Below are positions 28,894-39,051 of a stretch of 64,000 bases of DNA, piece after piece. This DNA is from an uncultured bacterium (GTDB lineage: Bacteria; Patescibacteriota; Minisyncoccia; SW-4-49-11), in contig CALMJI010000018.1 in NCBI GenBank assembly GCA_937864235.1, positions 73,955-137,954 on the forward strand, written 5' to 3'. The notes under the pieces are model-generated. The model made no database searches. It was not told where the DNA came from and saw only the letters and a program-made list of their open reading frames with translations. Numbering within the stretch: the first letter of the stretch is position 1; each line of letters begins with the position of its first letter. Made by a program: the position numbers and the translations under genes.

Positions 28894-29145
28894 CTGTCCT
28901 AAAATTCCCCTCTTTTGGCAATCCGCCTACCTACGGCAGGTAAACCTTGGGAGGAGAGGGGTGGACAGCTTCGCTGGACGGGGTGGAGTATTTTATACTT
29001 TTCTCTTGCCCTTCTGTCCCCCTTTGCCTGCCTGCGGTAGGCAGGGAGGGGGTGCCTGCAAGGTGGGGGTGGATGTTCTCTTTCTGTTCCCCAGTGGACT
29101 ACCCCTTCCCTCCCCTTTTACGATAAAAAGAATACCCAAGATAGC
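28894..29145. repeat. modular hairpin repeat cluster with nested insertions
   Basis: Modules B and C with inserted palindromes; partial cassette-end repeat at 29113..29144. Confidence 0.85.
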
Positions 29146-29153
29146 CATTGAAA

Positions 29154-30806
29154 TTATTTTATATCCTTAAAATAATTTATAGTCTTTTGCAAACGATTTA
29201 ATCTTTCTTTTTTTTCATCATCTAATGTATCAAGATCAATATCTTTAATCTGACTCTGTATATCTTTATAAAAATTATCATCCAACTTGTAAATTTGTTT
29301 TAATAAGACTATAGTGTTATTTATTTCTATTTTATCAATTTTATTTTCATATTCTCTATTTTCTTCTGGACTTCCATTATCTACATTACTAATAATCCCC
29401 CAAAATACTTGTTTTTTCAAATACTCCTTCACATTATCTTTTACTACTCTTTTAAACCATATCAATTCCAAAACTCTTATAAATAAAATTGGGTTAATAT
29501 CTGGGACAAAAGCATTAATTAGAATATTTACTTTTCTAATATCTTTAAATTCTAATTTTTTATATGAATTATAAAATACCTTTTCTTTCCAAGTCTCATA
29601 TATATATTCTAACATTATATTAAGCCAATAATATGTGATTTTATTATCTTCTTCTGATTGTAAATTAGATAAATTAATTTGCCACTTTATATCTGACTTA
29701 ATCCAGTGATAGTTTAAGACATCCTTTGCAATAAACTCATCCTTTGAACTCAATATCTCTGTAATTACTCTTTGTCCAAAATATTTGAAAAATTCCAAGT
29801 ATTCCTTATTCTCTCCTTTGAGCTGAACAACTTTGTCTTTATGTCCCTGAATATGTCTATCCAAAGACTCAAAAAAATCTATTGTAGCAGAGACTGGATG
29901 TGGATCTTGTAGAGACTTCTGTAAAATTTTGATCAGAATCTCCTCAGAAATCCTATATATCTCATATAATTCAATACTTTTACTTGCATTATCTTCATTT
30001 TCAGCAGACTCTTGATATTGATACCAAAAACTATAACTGTATTCAAATAGTTTGGTGATAAATTTTTTATTTTGATACTTAAAATTAATCTTGGCAATAT
30101 TATGATAGATAATATTTAATAGTTTATAAATACTTTGATATTCATTTGTTTTAATATATTTATTTACTTGACCTAATATTAGTTCCATAAAGCTTTTCTC
30201 TTCTTCAAAATTCCAGTCTGCAAAACCTTCACCATCACTTTGATATGACTGTTTTTCTATGTTTGCTTTATCATTTGGAATTGCATTAAAGATGTCATTA
30301 ATATTATCTATAAATGATTTATCTTCTTTTTTTATAATATCAAGCCAGTACTTTGTTTTATTAGTGCTATTAATATATTTGCCAGATTCATCTATAGAAT
30401 ATACTAAAAAAACATTAGCCCCAACCCATAAAATCAAACCAATAAGTTTTAAGTAAATATAATCAATATCTACTAATATTACTGAAATTATTGTAATAAC
30501 AATAATACAAATATTTGATCTTACATTAAAGATTTCTGAGAAGATAACTCTTAACTCAATATTGAAACTGGGTTTTTCTTTTTTACTCAATATTGACTCT
30601 ATAATTGAGATAGCGATTGGTATATATAAGCTATAAAGTAGCATTGTCCCTCCTTGTAATAATTGTGATATGTTATTCATTTTATCATTTATCATTAAAG
30701 TAAATATATATCCTCCAATCCACCAAAGAATACAAATAAATATAATTACAATATTAACAATATATATATACTTCTTAGTTGCTCTATCTTGATCTCTATA
30801 GTTCAT
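29154..30806 (-). CDS. hypothetical protein with N-terminal TM segments
   Basis: 550-aa AT-rich ORF with about four TM helices followed by a soluble helical region. Confidence 0.65.
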   Translation of the reverse strand: MNYRDQDRATKKYIYIVNIVIIFICILWWIGGYIFTLMINDKMNNISQLLQGGTMLLYSLYIPIAISIIESILSKKEKPSFNIELRVIFSEIFNVRSNICIIVITIISVILVDIDYIYLKLIGLILWVGANVFLVYSIDESGKYINSTNKTKYWLDIIKKEDKSFIDNINDIFNAIPNDKANIEKQSYQSDGEGFADWNFEEEKSFMELILGQVNKYIKTNEYQSIYKLLNIIYHNIAKINFKYQNKKFITKLFEYSYSFWYQYQESAENEDNASKSIELYEIYRISEEILIKILQKSLQDPHPVSATIDFFESLDRHIQGHKDKVVQLKGENKEYLEFFKYFGQRVITEILSSKDEFIAKDVLNYHWIKSDIKWQINLSNLQSEEDNKITYYWLNIMLEYIYETWKEKVFYNSYKKLEFKDIRKVNILINAFVPDINPILFIRVLELIWFKRVVKDNVKEYLKKQVFWGIISNVDNGSPEENREYENKIDKIEINNTIVLLKQIYKLDDNFYKDIQSQIKDIDLDTLDDEKKERLNRLQKTINYFKDIK

Positions 30807-30825
30807 CTAAATATTCTTCATAACA

Positions 30826-33105
30826 TCAGAATTTTTTTATAGCAGCCCTCATTTTTTTACGGCTCAAGTTATAGCCAATATATCCAAGGCTTAACACCAA
30901 AGTAGTGCCAGAAATTGTATATAGTATATTATTGTATCTAATAGGTTCAAATACTAAATCTAGTTCTAAATTAATACTTCCATCTTGATTAAGAGTATAT
31001 CCTTGATTATTCTTTATAATATCTTCATAGTTAATATAAAAACTATTTGCATAATCAAATTTTTTTGTGTTTTTAAAGATATTATAATCTATATCCTTAT
31101 TAGATAATCTCCACATTTTATGATATATGTCTAAGAAATTAAGATATGAATCAGATTTTAAATTTTCTATATAAATTTTATAATGTCCTTCATTAATTCT
31201 TTCATATGTAATATTATCATTATATTCTCTACTCAATTCATTCAAACTATCACTAAGATGAATTTTATTATAAGAATAGTCTTTATTGATATTATATAAT
31301 GAGTATCTACCAAAATCTCTAACCTTATCACCTAATAATTTATCTTTTATCTCTTGCTGTACCGCATACAAGTCTCCTGATGATCTGTAGCTATAAACAT
31401 AACTATCTTTAATTTCAGTAGGTAAGTCATTATAAACAATAATATAATTTACATTCATCTTAGCAAAAAAATTCAATAAATGTTCATAATCTTTATTTAA
31501 TATTTTATCTCCAATATTTTCACCCTGTGATAAAAATCCTAATATCCCAGTAAAATCAGTTTTATTAGACACAACCTTAAGTGGCGACACCCCAAAATAA
31601 AACCCATTTTTATTACTCACATCCTGAATGAATACATAATTAGCTTTATTTAATGGATACCATAAATACTTACCATTATTATCCTCATTGTCTTTTATAA
31701 AATTAGCCAAATCTATAAAATCGCTATTAAGTTCATTTACTTTTGGATATATATTTTGTGTTGTCCATATAGGTAGATTAAAGTAATCACCTCTGAAAAA
31801 AGGTATAGAATTTAATAGTATGACTAGAATAAATATAAAATAAAGTATATTTTTATAAAAAATTTTTAGATCAGCTATTATATATAATGATATAGCAAAT
31901 AAAAATGCATATATAAATGCCATTGATATAGCAAATTTATCATACATATTTCTAAAGAGTGTAAATAGAGGGATTTTTTCACTCAAGAATATAAATATAT
32001 TTATACCCTCTTTCCCAATATTAGCCGTATATAAATATAGTATTATTAAAAATATTAATAAAGAATAAATATATATAGTATGTTTTTTTATTTTTGCTCT
32101 AAAAAATATTATAGGGGCTAAGATTATTATTAAATAGATATAATTAAAGTTAAAAAACTTTAGATGCCATCCCTCATAGATTGATAATGTGTTCCAAGAA
32201 AAATCTTTTTGTATAGAATAATGTGGCAAATTTAATAATGGATATAATACATTATTATTTTTTGAAACCGATATTATTGTATTTTTATTTGCTTCTATAA
32301 ATTCCTGAGAAGTTAGAGAATTAACTATATCATTATCTTTAATATCATTATTTCTAGAGTTTAGTAGATGATATATCCAATATATATTTAACAATAATAA
32401 TATTATTATGAATATGAATAGGTGCTTGAGAAATATTTTATAATCTTTTTTAATTAAATATATAATTACTGGTAAAGATGTAATTGTTAAAGCCAAAGCC
32501 CATGGCACAGACAATATCAAAGTACTAAATATACTTAGTATTATTGTACTAAGTAAGGTATAAATATATTTGTTTTCAAGAACTCCTTTAGAAAATATAT
32601 ATAAAACTATAGGGAATATTGATATAAAATATATTGCGAATAATTGATTACCCCAACCCGATATAAAAGTAAATGTAGAAAATATATACATTAATGAGGA
32701 TATAGACTTAATGTATATGTTTTTTATATTAGTTGTTTTAATAAATATCCCAAGTAATAAGTACATGCCTAAAAAACCAAAAGCTAGGTTTAGCGACAAC
32801 ATTAAATACTGTATATTTACAGCTCCAAAAGATATAGTTTTAATAATATATATTAAAAATGAAAAAGATAGTATGTAGGATTGGGGGAAATAAAATCCTA
32901 AGCCACCTATATTATTTTCAGATATAATTGATGTAGTAAAGTTTTTAAAATATTCATACGGATACATATAATATAATCTTCCATCATCACCCCCAACAAA
33001 GTAGTCTTTTCCCCAAAATAAAATAGGTATTAATATTAAACATAAAAATACAAAAGTAATAGAAAAAACTTCTATCTTAGCTATTTTTTTGCTATCACCA
33101 AACAT
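30826..33105 (-). CDS. GT-C-like multi-TM glycosyltransferase
   Basis: GGDD near the N-terminus, many TM helices, FRNMYDKF and MNVNYIIV; located in a glycosylation cluster. Confidence 0.65.
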   Translation of the reverse strand: MFGDSKKIAKIEVFSITFVFLCLILIPILFWGKDYFVGGDDGRLYYMYPYEYFKNFTTSIISENNIGGLGFYFPQSYILSFSFLIYIIKTISFGAVNIQYLMLSLNLAFGFLGMYLLLGIFIKTTNIKNIYIKSISSLMYIFSTFTFISGWGNQLFAIYFISIFPIVLYIFSKGVLENKYIYTLLSTIILSIFSTLILSVPWALALTITSLPVIIYLIKKDYKIFLKHLFIFIIILLLLNIYWIYHLLNSRNNDIKDNDIVNSLTSQEFIEANKNTIISVSKNNNVLYPLLNLPHYSIQKDFSWNTLSIYEGWHLKFFNFNYIYLIIILAPIIFFRAKIKKHTIYIYSLLIFLIILYLYTANIGKEGINIFIFLSEKIPLFTLFRNMYDKFAISMAFIYAFLFAISLYIIADLKIFYKNILYFIFILVILLNSIPFFRGDYFNLPIWTTQNIYPKVNELNSDFIDLANFIKDNEDNNGKYLWYPLNKANYVFIQDVSNKNGFYFGVSPLKVVSNKTDFTGILGFLSQGENIGDKILNKDYEHLLNFFAKMNVNYIIVYNDLPTEIKDSYVYSYRSSGDLYAVQQEIKDKLLGDKVRDFGRYSLYNINKDYSYNKIHLSDSLNELSREYNDNITYERINEGHYKIYIENLKSDSYLNFLDIYHKMWRLSNKDIDYNIFKNTKKFDYANSFYINYEDIIKNNQGYTLNQDGSINLELDLVFEPIRYNNILYTISGTTLVLSLGYIGYNLSRKKMRAAIKKF

Positions 33106-33734
33106 GTAGATATAAGATTTTTAAATGGTAAAAATAACGGAATTCTAAAATTTAAATTCTTATTTATTCTCCATAAATATGGAAGATATGTCATGGGATA
33201 TAGTTTTACATCTGAGAATCTATTATTCTTAAATATCCTCTCCCAATTTAAAGGATGTAATACAGATACATGAGTATCATCCGCTAAAATATTTTTTTTA
33301 TATGGATATGGAGTTGTCCCTATAAAGAAAGACTCCTGTTTTTCATCTAGTAAATTATATATATTTTTAACTGCCAAAGAAGGGTTCTCTAAATGCTCTA
33401 AAACTTCAAAAGCAAATATATATTTATATCTATTTTTTGTATTTAAATCTTCAATTCTACTATTTTTAAAAACATTTGTTTTAAAAAATAAATTAGATTC
33501 ATTGACTACTTCTTTATCTACTTCAATACCTTCATATTGATTTGGTTTGTCTAAAATATTATACCACCCTCCAAAACCAGAGCCTATTTCTAAAATATTT
33601 TTACTTTTATCTATATTTAGATTATTATTTATAAATCTATATTGTGCAGACATCCATTTACAATAATCATCAATATCTTTCTGTGTAAAAGTATATTTAT
33701 AATGTTTTTTAAAATAACCCTTATAATTTTCCAT
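33081..33734 (-). CDS. class I SAM-dependent methyltransferase
   Basis: ILEIGSGFG, FEVLEHLENP and DDTH. Confidence 0.88.
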   Translation of the reverse strand: MENYKGYFKKHYKYTFTQKDIDDYCKWMSAQYRFINNNLNIDKSKNILEIGSGFGGWYNILDKPNQYEGIEVDKEVVNESNLFFKTNVFKNSRIEDLNTKNRYKYIFAFEVLEHLENPSLAVKNIYNLLDEKQESFFIGTTPYPYKKNILADDTHVSVLHPLNWERIFKNNRFSDVKLYPMTYLPYLWRINKNLNFRIPLFLPFKNLISTCLVIAKK

Positions 33735-33736
33735 AA

Positions 33737-34774
33737 TTAATTAATATCTTTATAATCACCTAATTTCCCGTTTAGTAATTTTATGTAATAATCTAGATTT
33801 GGCTCTCTTAAAAGGTATTTGTTAATTTTTTTATCAGATAGTTTTCTATTTGCTTGTATTTCTAATCTTTTTTTAATATTCTTATTTATATGTAAAATAT
33901 TCCACCAAACAGCCTTATATAGGGCTAAAAAATGCTTATTTTTTCCCTTTACCAACCAAAACAAAGATAATCCTATCATTATAATAAGATGAATAAACAA
34001 TACATAAAATAAATAAAAACCACTAAAATTTTTTATAAATGACATTATTTTATTTTTAAAATTATGAAACTGAATTACATGGTTATTAAATTTTGAAGAA
34101 GTACCCTTTTCTGCATGATAGCATGTTGAGACAGGATAATACCAACACTCATATCCACTAATCCACATTCTGTGATTTAAGTCGGTTTCTTCGTAATATG
34201 CCCAGAAATCATCATCAAAAGCTCCTATTTCATCTAAAACAGATTTTCTCATAAACACTGAAGCTGCTTTAGTGGAAAACACCTTGTATGTCTGATTATA
34301 TTTTTCTAAGTCAGCTGATTTATTAGATCCATAATGATATAATAAAGTAGAGTTAGACCAAAAACTACCAGCTGAATCAATTTTATTATCCTCATTCATA
34401 AGCTGAATTTTTGTTTGTATTGTAGCAATTTTATCAGACTTTTCAAAAAACTTAATGGTTTTTTCTATAATATCTTTCTCTACCCAAGTATCATTATTTA
34501 GTAAATATAAATATTCACCTTTGGCTTCTTTTATACCGATATTATTTCCGCCTGCAAAACCAGAATTTTCTTTATGTTTTATAATTTTAATTCTTTTGTC
34601 TTTATAATTTGTTTCTAAAAAATCTATACTATCGTCACTAGAGTTATTATCTACAAAGATAATTTCAAAGTTTTTGTATGTTTGATTTAATAAAGAATCG
34701 AAACATTTCTTTAGCCACTTCTGACCGTTGAAATTAACTATTATCACCGATACTAATGGGTCTGCTTTACTCAC
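33737..34774 (-). CDS. GT2 family glycosyltransferase
   Basis: VSVIIVNFNG, VDNNSSD, GFAGGNN, LLNND and YYEETDL. Confidence 0.92.
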   Translation of the reverse strand: MSKADPLVSVIIVNFNGQKWLKKCFDSLLNQTYKNFEIIFVDNNSSDDSIDFLETNYKDKRIKIIKHKENSGFAGGNNIGIKEAKGEYLYLLNNDTWVEKDIIEKTIKFFEKSDKIATIQTKIQLMNEDNKIDSAGSFWSNSTLLYHYGSNKSADLEKYNQTYKVFSTKAASVFMRKSVLDEIGAFDDDFWAYYEETDLNHRMWISGYECWYYPVSTCYHAEKGTSSKFNNHVIQFHNFKNKIMSFIKNFSGFYLFYVLFIHLIIMIGLSLFWLVKGKNKHFLALYKAVWWNILHINKNIKKRLEIQANRKLSDKKINKYLLREPNLDYYIKLLNGKLGDYKDIN

Positions 34775-34783
34775 AAAAATGTT

Positions 34784-35884
34784 TTAATTAATAATTTTTA
34801 TAAAATCTTTATAACTTTGTTCAAAAGTTATAGTTTTACTAAATTTATGACCTTCTTGTCTTAGTTTAGCATATAATTTTTGATCTGAGAATAGTTTGGT
34901 TATGTTTTGGGCTAGATTTGCTGGAGTGTTGGTGCTACAGACTAATCCTGTCTGATTATGGATGACTGAGTCTCTGAGACCGTCTACATCATAGACTATG
35001 GCTGGGGTGCCTTGTGAATTGGCTTCCGTGACTATAAGTCCCCATCCTTCTTTGACTGAGGTGACTAGGATTATATGGGATTGTTGCATTAATTCTATTT
35101 TCTTTTGTTTGGAGACTTTGCCTAGATATTGTATGTCTTTTTTGTATTCGGATTTTTGTATTTCTTGTAAAAATTCTTGTCCATAGGGATCATTGCTATC
35201 TCCTGCTATTAACAGTTCTAGATTTGGTATGGATTGTTTGGCTAGATTATAGGCTTGGAGTATGTCTTTGGTTCTTTTCATGGCTCGTATTGAACCTAGG
35301 CTTAGTATTGTGGGGTTGGGGTATTTGGTGATTGTGTCTAAGTTGTCTACTGGTTCTATTTCTATTCCTTCGCTGATTATTTGGATATCTTTGAATCCTA
35401 ATTTTTGTAATTCTTGCTTGGTGCTATTGGAGATGGTGATGACTTTTATATCATTTAGTAGTCTTAGGTAAATTGGTTCTATGATATACCCGATCCAGTT
35501 CAATGGGAAAAACATCTGATAAAACCATATTTCTCGACAGAGTTGATGGATGAATAGGATGTTTTTTTCTTTTACATAAAATTTAGCAAAAAATGGGACA
35601 GTGTTGATTTCATCTATTACTAAATCTGCCCAGCCTTTGAGATGTTTCTGATAATATTGGTAGGCCTGCCAATATACTGTCCATCTCCCGCCTACTCGGA
35701 TTATTTCATAGCCGTCTATAACTTCTCTTGCTTCTGCCCCTGTGTAACCTCCTACTATTAGTTTGACTTGGTGCCCGTCTTGTACTAGTCTTTTGGCTAA
35801 TTCTTCATTGACTATTTCAGCTCCTCCTGTGAGAGGATTTTTTTTATCTTTCCATGTGAGCCAGAGAATCTTTTTCTTTTTCAT
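34784..35884 (-). CDS. GT4 family glycosyltransferase
   Basis: GGAE and EGWGLIVTEANSQGTPAIVYDVDGLRDSV. Confidence 0.92.
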   Translation of the reverse strand: MKKKKILWLTWKDKKNPLTGGAEIVNEELAKRLVQDGHQVKLIVGGYTGAEAREVIDGYEIIRVGGRWTVYWQAYQYYQKHLKGWADLVIDEINTVPFFAKFYVKEKNILFIHQLCREIWFYQMFFPLNWIGYIIEPIYLRLLNDIKVITISNSTKQELQKLGFKDIQIISEGIEIEPVDNLDTITKYPNPTILSLGSIRAMKRTKDILQAYNLAKQSIPNLELLIAGDSNDPYGQEFLQEIQKSEYKKDIQYLGKVSKQKKIELMQQSHIILVTSVKEGWGLIVTEANSQGTPAIVYDVDGLRDSVIHNQTGLVCSTNTPANLAQNITKLFSDQKLYAKLRQEGHKFSKTITFEQSYKDFIKIIN

Positions 35885-35892
35885 AAATTTAT

Positions 35893-36816
35893 CTATCCTC
35901 TACTCTTAAAGTATTCTACAGTTTGGAGTAGGCCTTGTTGTAGATTGGTTTGGGGTTGCCAGTTGATAGCTTGGTGGATTTTGTCGTATGAGAGGCAACT
36001 ATGTTGTTGTTCTCCTAGTTTGGCTTCTCTATTTTGTCTGGTGATGGTGGTACTGGTGAGTTGATGTAGGATATCAAAGATTTGGTTGATATTGGTTTGG
36101 GTGGCGGTGGCTATATTGTAGCTTCCTGAGAGGTCGCCTAGTATGGCTTGGATATTGGCTTCTACTACGTCTTGTACGTATACAAAGTCTCGGGTGTTGT
36201 TGCCGTCTCCGTTTATATAGCATTGTTGGTTTTGGAGCATTTTGCTGATGAATAGGGCGATGACTCCGGCTTCTCCTTGGGTGTTTTGTCTTGGGCCGTA
36301 GACATTGGAGTATCTAAGGGCGGTGTAATCTATATTATAGATAGTTTTGTAGTAGTGGGCGTATTTTTCCATTACTAATTTGGCTATGCCATAGGGTGAG
36401 ATAGGGTCGGTGGGATGTGTCTCTGGGGTTGGGAGCATGTCTGTGTCTCCGTATATGGCTCCACCTGAGGAGGCGAAGACTACTTTTTTGACTCCGTTTT
36501 TGTGGGCGGCTTCGAATAGGTTGATGGTGCCGATTATGTTGACTTGCGCGTCGTATTGTGGGTCTTGAACTGATTTTCTGACGTCTAGTTGGGCTGCTTG
36601 ATGGCAGATGACTTCGATTTGATGTTGTTGTATTATTTTGTTGACTTGTTCTGCATTGGTGATGTCTTCTTGATAAAAGACTGCTTGGGGGTTGATAAGA
36701 TCTGTCTGTCCTGTGACTAGGTTATCTATGATGATGACTTGATGTCCCTTGGCGATGAGTTGGTCTACTATATGTGAGCCGATGAATCCTGCTCCTCCTG
36801 TGACTAGTATGTTCAT
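35893..36816 (-). CDS. NAD-dependent epimerase/dehydratase (UDP-glucose 4-epimerase-like)
   Basis: VTGGAGFIGSH, ASSGGAIYG, YGIAK and RYSNVYGPRQ. Confidence 0.93.
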   Translation of the reverse strand: MNILVTGGAGFIGSHIVDQLIAKGHQVIIIDNLVTGQTDLINPQAVFYQEDITNAEQVNKIIQQHQIEVICHQAAQLDVRKSVQDPQYDAQVNIIGTINLFEAAHKNGVKKVVFASSGGAIYGDTDMLPTPETHPTDPISPYGIAKLVMEKYAHYYKTIYNIDYTALRYSNVYGPRQNTQGEAGVIALFISKMLQNQQCYINGDGNNTRDFVYVQDVVEANIQAILGDLSGSYNIATATQTNINQIFDILHQLTSTTITRQNREAKLGEQQHSCLSYDKIHQAINWQPQTNLQQGLLQTVEYFKSRG

Positions 36817-36889
36817 ATATTTTTAGGGTTATTGTTTTATTATAGCATGGGTTGGGGTGTGTGTGAATTATAAATGGTGAATTATGAGT

Positions 36890-37390
36890 TTGTAGGGGCT
36901 AAAATGCAAAAGCAAAACTCAATCCACCCCGTCCAGCGTAGCTGTCCACCCCTCGAGAGGGGAATTAGCTCAGTCCTACTCCGGCCTATCGGCCACCTCC
37001 CCCGAGGGAGGACAAGAGGGCAAGTTGCAAAGTACATCCACCCTCCCCCTTCGGGGACTCCCTCCTAAGGGAGACAGAAGCTCTGAAGGCCAGAAATCCA
37101 ATATTCAAAATACACTCCACCCCGTCCAGCATAGCTGTCCACCCCTCAAGAGGGGAATTTAGCTCAGGCTGCAAAATACGGTCCTCCTCCGCCGTCGCAA
37201 ATGGGATTTGCTCCTGTGAAACCTCTCGGTTTCCCAACCTTCCTCAACGGGAAAACTTCTGTTTTCCCAACCCCTTTCCCAGACTTTCAGTCTACTTCGT
37301 GCCACCTCCCCCAAGGGAGGACAAGAGGGCAAGTTGCAAAGTATCAAATACAGGCGACTGAGAGGTCGCCCCTACGAGATGGGAGGGTAG
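36890..37390. repeat. large modular hairpin repeat cluster (reverse orientation)
   Basis: Two copies each of modules A and B, module C, the ~100-bp insert and a GTAG-REP at 37353..37376. Confidence 0.9.
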
Positions 37391-37416
37391 AAATTTTATA
37401 ATTAAAGCTTATTATA

Positions 37417-37623
37417 TTAAATAGTTTTTTTCTTAATTTTTGCCCATTTTTTCATATTGTCTTGTTGTTCTTTATTTGCAAATTCAGATACTTTTTGTAA
37501 CCAATAAAGTCGCTCTTCTAGCGGAGCTTTATTCATTATATAATCAATAGTTGGTCGTTTTTCTCGACTCTTAAAATTCAGTGATTTAGTTATATTCTTA
37601 TAAATATCTAATACTTTTTTCAT
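37417..37623 (-). CDS. small helical partner of the zeta-like gene
   Basis: 68 aa; ATGA overlap with the upstream zeta-like gene. Confidence 0.7.
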   Translation of the reverse strand: MKKVLDIYKNITKSLNFKSREKRPTIDYIMNKAPLEERLYWLQKVSEFANKEQQDNMKKWAKIKKKTI

Positions 37624-38324
37624 AATAATTGTTCTAATTCTTCTTTATTATATACTTTTTGTAATGCTTCATCAAGTTGTTTTATATTTGTAATTGGAAT
37701 AAGGTTAAGATTTTCAGTGGATTTTATATCTACTCGATTGAATAGTAATATTTCTACTTCTTCATTAGAAAAAGTTTCTCTTATACTTCTTACTGTTTGA
37801 TATGCTCCAATATATTTTTGGATAAAAGTTTCTTTGAGAATACGGCGACCTTCTTCTTTTTCTCTATTTTGAGTATATTGCCAAGCATATTCGGGTTGCA
37901 GGTAAATATAAATAACAGTGACTTTTCTTTGCCTTCTGAGTGATCTTATGATATTTTCTTTAGCTCTATGTTTATCTGAGAATGTGCCATCTAGGATAAA
38001 GGAGATATTTTGGTCTAAAAGCCTATCATGAATATAACTTACAAGTTTACTCATAGCTTTTTGGAAGAGATGAGAGTTATTACCTTCATATCCTGGCAAT
38101 ATAGATCGGTATAAATCTCCATCCAGATGTAAAATATTGCCATCTAATAATTCCACTACTCCCCTAGCCCATTCGGTCTTACCTGCACCGGGAGAACCTG
38201 CCATAAAAATTGAAAGTGGCACATCTACTGAAGTATAATCTAGGAGTAAATCTTTAGTGATATTTTGTTTGTGTTTGCGGATATAGTTAATAGCTTCTTG
38301 ACTAATATCTTTTTCTTTAGCCAT
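37620..38324 (-). CDS. zeta-toxin-like P-loop kinase (second copy)
   Basis: MAGSPGAGKTEW, SFILDGTFS and REKEEGRRI. Confidence 0.85.
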   Translation of the reverse strand: MAKEKDISQEAINYIRKHKQNITKDLLLDYTSVDVPLSIFMAGSPGAGKTEWARGVVELLDGNILHLDGDLYRSILPGYEGNNSHLFQKAMSKLVSYIHDRLLDQNISFILDGTFSDKHRAKENIIRSLRRQRKVTVIYIYLQPEYAWQYTQNREKEEGRRILKETFIQKYIGAYQTVRSIRETFSNEEVEILLFNRVDIKSTENLNLIPITNIKQLDEALQKVYNKEELEQLL

Positions 38325-38396
38325 AAAATTTTGTTTATAGTTTAGTGTATGGATTTATTGTAGCATGGTTTGGGGGAAATTGGGAATTGGTGGGTT

Positions 38397-38642
38397 TGTA
38401 GGAGCAAAAATACAAAGACAAAACTCAATCCACCCCGTCAGTCAAACCTACCACCCCTCGAGAGGGGAATTTAGCTCAAGTCCTCCTCCGTCACCTACGG
38501 TGACACCTCCCCCAAGGGAGGACAGAAAATAGAAGTCCAGAAACACATCCACCCTCCCCCTTCGGGGACTCCCTACAAAGGGAGACAAAAGCTCAGTCCA
38601 CACCCGTCGACTTCCTCGCTACCCTCGCCAGCGAGGGACAGA
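38397..38642. repeat. modular hairpin repeat cluster (reverse orientation)
   Basis: Modules B, A (38480..38523), C and E; resembles 36890..37080. Confidence 0.88.
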
Positions 38643-38696
38643 AAACATTCACAAATTAAAAAGGAGGTCTGTCTAACCTCCTTTGATTGTAGCTTT

Positions 38697-38987
38697 TTAT
38701 GTGACTGTGATTGGCACTCCGAGGTGTTGAAATATTTGTTCAATGGTCCAATTTTCTGGAATTTCTTTATACTCTTCTGAGACTAATTCTGTATGCTCAA
38801 TTCTTGGGGTAAGTATGTCTTTACCAAATACTGTGTATGTCTCATTAGATGACACGCATTTACAATGATACTCTTGGTCTGGTTTAGGGTGTCGACTATC
38901 AGCTTCAAATCTAACCCATATATGACTATATCCTACTACAATGCAGGCATGTATTTTATACAAAAAGCTATAAACAGGGATAATCAT
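38697..38987 (-). CDS. hypothetical protein
   Basis: 96-aa ORF followed on the minus strand by a hairpin at about 38660..38685. Confidence 0.4.
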   Translation of the reverse strand: MIIPVYSFLYKIHACIVVGYSHIWVRFEADSRHPKPDQEYHCKCVSSNETYTVFGKDILTPRIEHTELVSEEYKEIPENWTIEQIFQHLGVPITVT

Positions 38988-39051
38988 TGGCTACAATTCC
39001 CTACCTTGGGTAGGGGCGAATATGGACAATATTATTGTACAATGATATTAT

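Noticed and set aside
24338-29145. Possible CRISPR array or integron attC array
   Set aside because: No constant-length repeat-spacer periodicity, no cas or intI gene, and no clear RYYYAAC...GTTRRRY attC ends.
36874-37401. Short ORFs over repeat clusters (also 10777, 19294, 19400, 24330, 24480, 25977, 27375-27774, 28961, 48341, 48442, 58837, 60045, 60202)
   Set aside because: They are translations of GC-rich palindromic repeats (PPLERG/GGGG-type peptides) with no coding signal.
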